11,763 nt of DNA from a virus (taxonomy: Duplodnaviria > Heunggongvirae > Uroviricota > Caudoviricetes > Crassvirales): positions 1-11,763 of IMG/VR virus record IMGVR_UViG_3300033120_000148, one strand, 5' to 3'. Shown piece by piece: positions 1 to 8,260 of the stretch (positions are counted from its first letter, which is position 1; each line of letters starts with the position of its first letter). The notes beneath the pieces are model-generated. The model was given only the letters and a program-made list of their open reading frames with translations. It searched no databases and was not told the DNA's origin. Position numbers and translations under genes: made by a program.

Positions 1-357
1 ATTAAAGAGGATGGAACAACAAGAACAGCATATGTAACAACACATACATCTAAGTATAGTGATAGTTCTTATGATGGTTATGAAAACAGAGGTAGTATAT
101 CTCATTCAGAAGGTTGGACTACTAGAATGTTATTGGGTGCGTTTGGAGACCTTATGCCTACAAATGTTGGTGGAAGTTCAAGCACCTTCTGGTGTGACTA
201 TTATTTGCTAAATACCTCTCCAAACCTTTATGGGGCTTTGCTCTGCGGTGGTGCGCTTGACAGTGTGCGTGTCGGTTTCGGTTGCGTGAATGCGAATAGC
301 GTTCCTGCGTATAATTATGCGTTAGGCTCTCGTCTTTGCTTTGTTAAGCAAGCATAA
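1..357 (+). CDS. 5'-truncated tail/adhesin protein; C-terminus resembles DGR target proteins (C-type-lectin-like) of Bacteroidetes phages
   Basis: Frame 1 is open from base 1 to TAA 355-357 (IKEDGTTRTAY...GWTTRMLLGAFGDLMPTNVGGSSSTFWCDYY...ALLCGGALDSVRVGFGCVNANSVPAYNYALGSRLCFVKQA). The GGSSST(F/Y)WCDYY...GG...GF...GSRLCF pattern is one I recognise from DGR target C-termini. The track ORF 127-357 starts at an internal Met. Confidence 0.7.
   Translation: MKEDGTTRTAYVTTHTSKYSDSSYDGYENRGSISHSEGWTTRMLLGAFGDLMPTNVGGSSSTFWCDYYLLNTSPNLYGALLCGGALDSVRVGFGCVNANSVPAYNYALGSRLCFVKQA
241..345 (+). other. Putative DGR variable region (VR)
   Basis: 53 G+C in bases 241-340 against a strongly AT-rich background. 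11 CpG between 246 and 332. GCG/GTG codons alternate with NNY codons and end in GGC TCT CGT CTT TGC at the extreme 3' end of the CDS. No template repeat or RT in the window. Confidence 0.55.
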
Positions 358-405
358 CATAACAGCATGTAGAATTTTTATATAATACAATTAAAAATAA
401 AGATT

Positions 406-777
406 ATGAAATTAACATACAGTAAAGATAAGCCACAAATATGGTCGGCTGTTGGAAATGGAAGTTACTTCTACCATTTCAACATAAATGAAATTGAAAT
501 ACCTGCACAAACAGAAGGTGCAGAAGCTACAAAGGCATGGCAGTATAACGAAGTCATAGTATGGGGTCCAGTTACCTCTGATGAAGTAACAAAAGAAGTC
601 ATGAATGCAATGTGGTCTAAAGACGCAGAACAGAAAATGCTGAATGACTACAATGCTGCACAACTTGGTATCCTTGGAGAGGAATATATTGCTAATTACA
701 AAGATTTCCTAAATTCTCGCAAGACTATTAAGGCACAGATTGACACTGATTTTCTAACATTTAATTATGGCGGATGA
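406..777 (+). CDS. Hypothetical protein (123 aa), possibly a tail-fibre-associated or assembly protein
   Basis: Clean ORF with an A-rich leader, ending in TGA. It lies between two tail-type genes. It has 6 Gln codons, all CAA/CAG, and no TAG. Function is inferred only from position. Confidence 0.75.
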   Translation: MKLTYSKDKPQIWSAVGNGSYFYHFNINEIEIPAQTEGAEATKAWQYNEVIVWGPVTSDEVTKEVMNAMWSKDAEQKMLNDYNAAQLGILGEEYIANYKDFLNSRKTIKAQIDTDFLTFNYGG

Positions 778-851
778 AGCAATCTATTAATGCACCTTAT
801 ACCTCAGATCATGCTTTACAAGAGGTACAAAAAGATATAAAGTTTATTTAA
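774..851 (+). CDS. Possible 25-aa small ORF or gene remnant (MKQSINAPYTSDHALQEVQKDIKFI)
   Basis: ATG 774 overlaps the TGA of the upstream gene (ATGA). It ends at TAA 849-851 and fills the gap to the next gene. Too short to be sure. Confidence 0.25.
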   Translation: MKQSINAPYTSDHALQEVQKDIKFI

Positions 852-872
852 TAACAAATAAAATAATATATA

Positions 873-3761
873 ATGATTGATTTAAGATAGATAATTTATA
901 GTTAGAGTGAACCTGAATCTAATGAAGTAGGATGGTTGCATAAAATAAATGATGTATTAGTATTAAGTTTCTATGACAATGGAGAATGGAAATGTATTTC
1001 TAGTGATATAACTGAAGAATTAATAAATGCTGAAACTACTAATAGAACATAGGCAGATACAGCACTTGATATTAGAATAGGTGCAGAAGCTAATACTAGA
1101 AATTCTGCTGATATTGCTTTATCTAGTGCACTTAACATTGAGTCCTCTTATAGAGCTAATGCAGATGCTTAGTTAAATTCTGATATAGTAGCAGAAAAAA
1201 CTAGAGCAACTACAGTAGAAAATACCATTGGTACTTCAGTAGGTTTAGATCCTGAGACAAAAATATATACTAACACTGGTTAGTATATTGGTAAATTAGT
1301 AGTTAATACTGTTACATCAGATATTAAAGCATTAGATACTTAGGCTAAGAATCTCTTAGCAATTATAAATAATAAAGTAACTGTAGATCCTAATAAATCT
1401 CTTGTAGATAATACAGAAATTGAAAAATTATAGGCTTTACCTACTTGGGATGATACATTAGCAGTTATAAAAAATAATGCTCCTATAGCACATTATAATT
1501 ATAACATAAAGAAAACTTATGACAGTGTTTCTAGTATGAATGCTGATAAAGCAGCTCCTATAGGAACCGATGAATTACCTATTAAAATTGGAGATATTGT
1601 TACAGTTGTTAATTTAACAACTCCTTCTGAAAATGGTATTTATAGTTATCAAGGTTCTACTTCAGACTTTAAATTTCAATCTAGTTTTAATTTTCAAATT
1701 GAACAATCAAGAAGCCAGAATGCTGATACTTCACCTAGTAGCAAGTTATTTAATTATGAACTTGAGAAAATAAGCAATGGAATAGTTGAATGTTACAGCA
1801 ATTATCAAGGTGATTTGTATCTATATTCTTTACTTAATATATCAGATAACCCAATAAAACTACAAATAGTTAATTCAGATAGGACTATTTTATTTACTCT
1901 TAGTGGCTCTAATGTTTTATCAGGAGTAGAACAGTATGAATTATACGCTGGTAATTATGTATTAAACATTATTATTAATTGGGATATTGTAGTCACTACT
2001 ATTCATAATGACAGTAATTTTAATCTGTATAAACTAGAAACAAAATCACTATTATTATCCCCATCTATACTATTTAATAAATCTAAATTATCGGATAGCA
2101 TTATTTTCAATGATTCCGTATTAGAATGTTATACAAATTATCAAAATAATTTATTTGTAGCAAGAATATTTAACAATAATTCAAGAAGATATATAGCAAT
2201 AGTAAACGAAGATAATTCTTTTAATTTTGTTTATGATGATGTATCACAAACATCAATTAAAACTAGTATAGAATATTTGCAGATAAAATCAGGAATATAC
2301 TCTATATACCTTTATATTGATTGGAGCAAAGTTCCTGAAGCTGATAGTTATTCATTAACACATGAAACTTGGATATTGAGGAAGCTTAATTATAAATGTT
2401 ATGATATAGCTTTTTCACCATACATAAAAGAATTTGTTGAAAACAATCATATATATCGTGATTCACTTATTTTTTTGGCTAAAAATACCTATATTTCAAC
2501 AGACGGAAGTTTTATACAAAACCCTGATTATATTACAAATATTTTTAGTGTAAACCCACTTGAAGAAGTATTGGTAAAAAGTGGACTAAGAGGAGCACCA
2601 TCATCAATGGTATATGTCGCATTTTATAGCGAAACTCCATCTATTAATACTTATTTATCATCAAAAAGTATTAGCACTAATACATCAACTACTGCAATCA
2701 TAAAAGAAAAAATAATTGTTCCTTATAATTGTAAGTATATAGCAGTGTGTGGAATTGCTGAATCAGGATGGGCCTCAACGGAAGAGTACATAAATCCTTA
2801 CTTAGGAGTTGAAATCACAACTTATGACTATTCACAAATAGTTAATAATAATTTTAAAAAATTATTACCTAATAAAAAAATAAATTGCATTGGAGATAGC
2901 TTAACTATGGGTGCAGGAACCATGATTAATGGCTATCACGATATACATCCATATTCTGCAAAATTACAAGAATTATTAGGATATGAATACGATGTTAAAA
3001 ATCAAGGAATAGGAGGTGAGAGAACACTAACAATAGCTGCCAGAACAAATTCTATCAATGCTTTATTAGCTTCTGATATAACATTGCCATATAACAAGGC
3101 TTAGGTTACAATATCAATGATTTCTTCTTTTGATTCTTTGGAGACTGTAACACCATTATTACAAGGAGGTACAACACAAGGAATACCAGAAACAACAGAT
3201 ATAGCACCTAACTATAAGGTATATGTTAAAGGAATACCATGCACTTTAGCTTATTATGGTGAAGCATATCATTTAGTTAGGTTGGTAGCATCAACTGATG
3301 TAAATGATAATATTCCATTATCCGCAGGTACTCCTATTATATTTAATAGAATGTTAAATGACAGAGATACATTGTGCGATATATTGTGGTGCGGAACTAA
3401 TGATTCTGATAAATCAATTTTAATTGATAAAATAAAAAGGATATTATCTTATAGTAATAATTCTAGGCAAATAATAATTGGGCTCCACAATCCATCATCA
3501 ACAAATAGAATATTTACAGATGCAATGAGATTGGAATATAGAAAAGAATTTGGAAATAAATTTTTTGATATTGACTTATACACTCGTACATCTGCACTAT
3601 CTGACATGAATTTAACACCTACAACAGAAGATACAGATGCTATAAATAATGGATTATGTCCACCACAAATTTTGAGTGATGGTTTTCATTTTATCAATGA
3701 GTTCTACGATGCTCTCGCATCTGAATTAATTAATAAAATGAAAGAAAACGGTATTATTTAA
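873..3761 (+). CDS. Tail spike / receptor-binding protein with C-terminal SGNH (GDSL) esterase, 962 aa with TAG=Gln
   Basis: One frame from ATG 873 to TAA 3759-3761, interrupted only by TAG at 888, 903, 1050, 1170, 1281, 1341, 1431 and 3102. This joins track ORFs 1536-3104 and 3117-3761. It has an N-terminal coiled-coil repeat stalk. SGNH blocks: GDSL (Ser 2898), NQGIGG (3000), GTND (3393), DGFH (3678-3689). Confidence 0.8.
1029..1244 (+). repeat. Four tandem 18-aa (54-nt) coiled-coil repeats in the tail spike stalk
   Basis: AETTNRTQADTALDIRIG / AEANTRNSADIALSSALN / IESSYRANADAQLNSDIV / AEKTRATTVENTIGTSVG, starting at 1029, 1083, 1137 and 1191. The fourth copy is degenerate. Confidence 0.7.
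1788..2324 (+). repeat. Diverged internal duplication of a ~112-114-aa domain in the tail spike
   Basis: ECYSNYQGDL (1788) vs ECYTNYQNNL (2124). IVNSDRT vs IVNEDNS. GNYVLNIIINW (W 1980) vs GIYSIYLYIDW (W 2322). Offsets are 336-342 nt. Confidence 0.7.
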
Positions 3762-3975
3762 AATATTGATAAATGGATAAATTAATAAAACATGATAAAA
3801 TAATGATAGATTATAAAAATACAAAAAAAAAAAGTAATGGGAATTAATGGCATTAGATTTATATAATTTCTATATTTTAAATAGTATTAATCTAAACAAA
3901 GTTATCATCTATGTATGAAAGTTTTAACAATTAATACATAGGTATTAATACTAATATAATATTAAATTACATAAT

Positions 3976-4596
3976 ATGAAATTAAAACTAATAACATCTT
4001 TATCAATACTATTACTTATAGTTTGTGGACTATTTATAAAGTAGTGTAGTTCTTATAATAAATTACAAGACTAGTATAAAATATCTATAGCTAATAATAA
4101 AGCTTATCAAAGTTAGTTAGATACTGCTACAAATAAAAGTAATGTATTTCAATTTAAAGTTGGTCAATTGAGCTATCTAAATGATAGTATTATATCTAAG
4201 TTGAAGTCTGTATAGCAGGAACTAAAAATAAAAGATAAGAATCTTTAGGAATTACAGTATATAGCATCAAAAGCTTCTAGAGTAGATACTATTACATTTA
4301 ATAAAAGAGATACATTATTTAAAGATAAGTATTTAAATATTGATACTGTAATAGGTGATAAATGGTATAATTTAAAGGTAGGTTTATATTACCCTTCTAC
4401 TATAGTTGTATCTCCAACTTTTAATAGTGAGAGATATGTTATATCATCATACAAAAAGGACTATGTAAATACTCCTTCAAAGTGGTGGTTTAAGAGAATA
4501 TTTCAAAAGAAATAGAAACTTATAGTAGTAGATATTGTTGAAAAGAATCCTTATATAGTAACATAGTAGAAAAGATTTATATAGATAATTAAATGA
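3976..4596 (+). CDS. Putative spanin-like membrane-anchored lysis protein (206 aa, 9 TAG)
   Basis: ATG 3976 to TGA 4594-4596 is open if TAG is read through. N-terminal hydrophobic helix (LITSLSILLLIVCGLFI) is followed by a coiled-coil-like segment. It is the first gene of a cluster with the holin and endolysin. The spanin call is inferred from architecture and position. Confidence 0.6.
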
Positions 4597-4904
4597 CACC
4601 AAATACAAAAGAATGGATTCAATATGGATCTGCTATAATAATGATAGCTAGTGGAATTATACTAGCTTTCCTCTCTTTCTTTTTTAATCATTTCTCAATA
4701 TCTGACAGTGTTTTATGGTATATAGCATAGGCACTTATGTATGCAGGTGGTATTTTTGGAATAGCTATATATTTTAAAAGTAAATCCACAGAGACTGAAA
4801 ACAGAGGGATACAGTTTACTGAGAAATTAATAAATATTGTTATTGAAGAAATAAACAATAGAGTAAATAATATTAAAACAAATAGTAATGAAAATAAGTG
4901 TTGA
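4593..4904 (+). CDS. Putative holin (103 aa, 2 TM helices, 1 TAG)
   Basis: ATGA overlap with the upstream stop. Two hydrophobic segments (GSAIIMIASGIILAFLSFFF; VLWYIAQALMYAGGIFGIAIYF, with Q = TAG 4728) and a hydrophilic C-terminal tail. It overlaps the endolysin start by 17 nt. Confidence 0.75.
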
Positions 4905-5349
4905 TAGGGCTTATAAATAGTATTCTTATACTATAGGTAAATTATACATAGATGGTAAATTTTTCTGTAATACTTTAGAGGACAAAGATAGAGGTTTAAC
5001 TCAATCTACTCCTCTAGAGGAAATAGCTAAAATAAAAATACCTTCTTAGACAGCAATACCTGCTGGTATATACAGAGTTATACTTAACCAAGTATCACCT
5101 AGATTTTCAAAGAGTGATAAATATAAATCTATTGGTGGAAAACTTCCAAGACTATTAGATGTTCCTGGTTCTGAGGGGGTACTAATACATATAGGTAATA
5201 CAGAGAAAGATACAGCAGGATGTATATTAGTAGGATAGAATAAAGTTAAAGGTTAGGTAGTTAATAGTACTGAGACTTTCTTTAAATTGTACCCTATATT
5301 AAAAGAAGCTTCTAATAGAGGAGAAATAATTACTATTGATATAAAGTAA
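4888..5349 (+). CDS. Putative endolysin, DUF5675-like (His/Cys, L,D-transpeptidase-like motif), 153 aa, 4 TAG
   Basis: [37 protein letters not shown]...TAIPAGIY...[30 protein letters not shown]. Family motifs recognised from memory. His at 5188, Cys at 5221. Adjacent to the holin. Ends TAA 5347-5349. Confidence 0.75.
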
Positions 5350-5397
5350 TAATATTAGTAATATTATACTACATTAATAATAATTTTACAAATAGCA

Positions 5398-5428
5398 TTG
5401 TGCAAGTCAGGAAAGTTACCTAACTTTG
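5398..5428 (+). promoter_or_regulatory. Bacteroidetes sigma-A-type promoter (-33 TTG, -7 TAACTTTG)
   Basis: TTG 5398-5400, a 20-nt spacer, then TAACTTTG 5421-5428, matching the TTTG-N19-21-TAnnTTTG consensus. It is intergenic, 35 nt upstream of the scaffold ATG. Confidence 0.7.
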
Positions 5429-5450
5429 CACATGCTTTTATATAATAATT

Positions 5451-5456
5451 AAGGAG
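5451..5456 (+). promoter_or_regulatory. Shine-Dalgarno-like AAGGAG
   Basis: AAGGAG ends 7 nt before ATG 5464. Confidence 0.55.
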
Positions 5457-5463
5457 AATAATT

Positions 5464-6636
5464 ATGGAAATTGGATTGAATGATACAAGCATTTTGTCAC
5501 CTGAAGAAATAGATAATCTATTTGTAGAACCATCTAGTGAAGGGTAGGCAAATGAAGATGGCTCAGCACCTGAAAATAATGCTGGAGAAAGTGAAAAAAC
5601 AGAAGAAAATAAAACTACTGAGGTTATTAATCCAGACAATTTGTTTGATGAAAAACCAGAGAGCGTAGGTAGTGAAGATAATACAAATCATTAGGAAGAG
5701 GGAGATACTGAACTTAAAAGTGATAGTAATTCTCCAACTTTCTATTCTTCCATAGCTAAAGCTTTTAAGGAAGAAGGTATCTTCCCTGACCTAAATGATG
5801 AAGATTTTAATAAAGTAAAGACTCCAGATGATCTAAGAAATCTTATCAACAAGAGGATTTCTGATAGTCTTGATGAAAGACAAAAGAGAATTGATGAGGC
5901 ATTAAATAGTGGTGTTGAACCTACAGCAGTTAAACAGTATGAAAATACTATTAATTACTTAGAATCAATACAAGAAGATACTATTACTGATGAAGGAGAA
6001 GATGGAGAAAATCTTAGAAAGCAACTTATATTTCAAGACTTTATAAATAGAGGTTTTAGTGAAGAAAGGGCTAATAGAGAAGTAACTAAGTCCTTCAATT
6101 CTGGTAATGATATTGAGGATGCTAAGGAAGCTCTTGCAGGCAATAAAGAGTTCTTTAAATCACAGTATGATGGTATGCTTAATGATGCTAAAGAGAACTC
6201 AAAGCAACTAGAGGAAGCTAGGAAATAGGATGCCAAGGAACTAGAAAAATCAATTTTAGAAGATCAAAAACTATTTGGTGGTATAGATATGACTAAACAA
6301 ACCAGACAAAAGATCTATGATAATATAGCTAAACCTATATATAAAGATCCAGAGACTGGTAATTACTATACTGCTCTTCAAAAGTATCAGAAAGAAAATA
6401 ATAATGACTTCATAAAGAATATGGGCATTGTTTATACTTTAACTGATGGATTTAAGAATATGGATGGTCTAATTAAAGGAAAACTAAATAAAGAAATGAA
6501 GAAGGGTTTTAAAGAATTGGAATAGACTTTAAGTGGTGCTACAATTCATACTGATGGTAGTATTAATTTAATGGGTAGTTCTAGAGATTCTGATCCTGAA
6601 TCATTCTTGGGTAAAGGAATAAACATAGATATTTAA
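5464..6636 (+). CDS. Putative capsid scaffolding protein (conserved crAss-like gene upstream of MCP), 390 aa, 4 TAG
   Basis: ATG 5464 to TAA 6634-6636 with TAG at 5545, 5692, 6226 and 6523. Acidic low-complexity N-terminus and a helical, charged body. Directly upstream of the MCP. The scaffold role is inferred. Confidence 0.7.
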
Positions 6637-6660
6637 TATAATTTTTAATAAGAAAAAAAT

Positions 6661-8172
6661 ATGGCTGGAAAATTAGGTAGATTTTAGACAGTAAGTATGA
6701 CTTCTTGGAAGGGACTTACTAAGGAAAATCATTTAGGCTCTATATTTTAGCAGATGCCACAAAAGGCTACAAACTTTATGGTATAGCTACTTGCATTTTA
6801 TAGAGGTAAAACTCTTGATACATTCTTGAGTCAATTCCCTATAAAGGAGTTTGAAGATGATTCAGAGTATACATGGGATGTAGTTGGATCAAGTAGAAGA
6901 AATATACCTTTGCTAGAAGCAAGGGATGAAAATTACACTGTAGTAACACCAGGTTCTGCAAATGTAGGTGTTGGTACAACTCCATTCTATTTGGTATTCC
7001 CTGAAGATTGGTTTGCTAGGGGTGAATATATTGTTGGTAATTTAAATGAAATTTACCAATTTAGAATCCTAGAAGATGCAAAAATTGAGGGAACTAATGC
7101 AGTATATAAGGTAGAACTTGCTGGTGCAAATACAACAGGTTGTCCTTCAGATAGATTACTTGCAGGTGAGAGATTCTCTGTTGAGGCAGCATTTGTTGAG
7201 AAGGAACTCTCTAGATCAGTAGGTGATGTAAGATTTACATCTTCAACTGCTATGAGAAATGAGTTCTCTACAGTTAGAATCAAGCATAAGGTTACTGGTA
7301 ACATGCTTAATAAGAAACTTGCAGTAGGTTTGCCTATTACTAAGGAAACTCCTAAAGGGTATGTGAGAGATACTATGAATACTTGGATGCACTATGTTGA
7401 GTGGTAGGTAGAGCAGTAGTTCTCTGAATATAAGAATAATGCAATGGCATTTGGTAGAAGCAACAGAAATATCAATGGTGAGTACATGAACATTGGTGAG
7501 TCTGGTGGTGTTATTAAGACTGGTGCTGGTCTATTTGAGCAAATGGAAGTTTCTAATACTATGTACTATAATGTATTTAGTTTGAAGTTACTTGAGGATG
7601 CTATTTATGAATTGTCTGCTTCTAAGTTAGATTTCAATGATAGATATTTTGTTATCAAGACTGGTGAAAGAGGAGCAATCCAATTCCATAAGGAAGTACT
7701 TAAAACAGTATCTGGTTGGACTCAATTCATGCTTGATAATAACTCTATTGGAGTAGTTCAAAAGACCCAATCAAATTTACATACCAACTCATTAAGTGCT
7801 GGTTTCCAATTTGTAGAGTTTAAAGCTCCTAATGGTGTAAGAGTTAAGATTGATGTAGATCCATATTATGATGATCCTGTAAGAAATAAGATTCTGCATC
7901 CAAATGGTGGTGTTGCAATGTCTTATAGATATGACATTATGTATATAGGTTCTGCTGAGCAAGCTAATATATTTAAGTGTGCTATTAAGGGTCAACCAGA
8001 GCTTAGAGGCTATCAATGGGGACTTAGAAATCCATTTACTGGACAGTTAAACAATAACAATATGTCTTATGATGAGGACTCTGCTTCAATTCATAGAATG
8101 GCTACATTTGGTGTTTGTGTCTTAGACCCAACAAGAACTATGTCATTGATTCCTGCTAGCTTGCAGGGTTAA
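6661..8172 (+). CDS. Major capsid protein, crAss-like (503 aa, 5 TAG)
   Basis: MAGKLGRFQ...WKGLTKENHLGSIFQQMPQKATNFMVQLLAFYRGKTLDTFL...GSSRRNIPL...LDPTRTMSLIPASLQG. From memory this closely follows the crAss001-type MCP. TAG at 6685, 6748, 6784, 7405 and 7417 joins track ORFs 6826-7407 and 7444-8172. Confidence 0.93.
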
Positions 8173-8179
8173 TATAATT

Positions 8180-8230
8180 AATTAGGGGGAAGGAAATTAG
8201 TTCCTTCTCTCTAATTTAAATAATTTTTTA
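8180..8230 (+). terminator. Long stem-loop after MCP; probable intrinsic terminator or transcript-stabilising hairpin
   Basis: AATTAGGGGGAAGGAA (8180-8195), loop ATTAG, TTCCTTCTCTCTAATT (8201-8216). This is a 16-bp stem with two G-U pairs, followed by an A/T-rich tract with T6 at 8224-8229. Confidence 0.7.
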
Positions 8231-8248
8231 AAGTTTTAAAATCATATT

Positions 8249-8254
8249 AAGGAG
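8249..8254 (+). promoter_or_regulatory. Shine-Dalgarno-like AAGGAG
   Basis: AAGGAG ends 6 nt before ATG 8261. It sits in the same TTAAGGAGAA decamer as at 5449. Confidence 0.55.
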
Positions 8255-8260
8255 AAGAAT

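Noticed and set aside
412-663. Minus-strand 83-aa ORF
   Set aside because: It is an antisense shadow of the 406-777 gene, with an implausible Phe/Cys-rich composition.
3762-3975. Very AT-rich gap with an A11 run (3823-3833) as a possible phase-variable switch or slippage site
   Set aside because: Changing the run by +/-1 gives no long ORF. Only 23-24-codon ORFs are present, and I found no promoter consensus around the run. Homopolymer length may also be an assembly artefact.
4751-4758. Other TAnnTTTG matches (4751, also 2222, 8103, 8551)
   Set aside because: They are intragenic and the motif is expected by chance at this AT content. The 4751 match also lacks a correctly spaced -33 element.
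5350-5366. TAATATTA-G-TAATATTA palindrome after the endolysin
   Set aside because: It is almost pure A/T in an AT-rich spacer, is too weak for a terminator, and could easily arise by chance.
5364-5639. Minus-strand 91-aa ORF
   Set aside because: It is antisense to the scaffold 5' end and its promoter. The Ser/Phe/Leu richness mirrors the Glu/Lys/Asn-rich sense strand.
6033-6236. Minus-strand 67-aa ORF
   Set aside because: Antisense shadow within the scaffold gene.
7053-8016. Minus-strand ORFs 7053-7304 and 7792-8016
   Set aside because: Both lie antisense inside the MCP and have no independent support.
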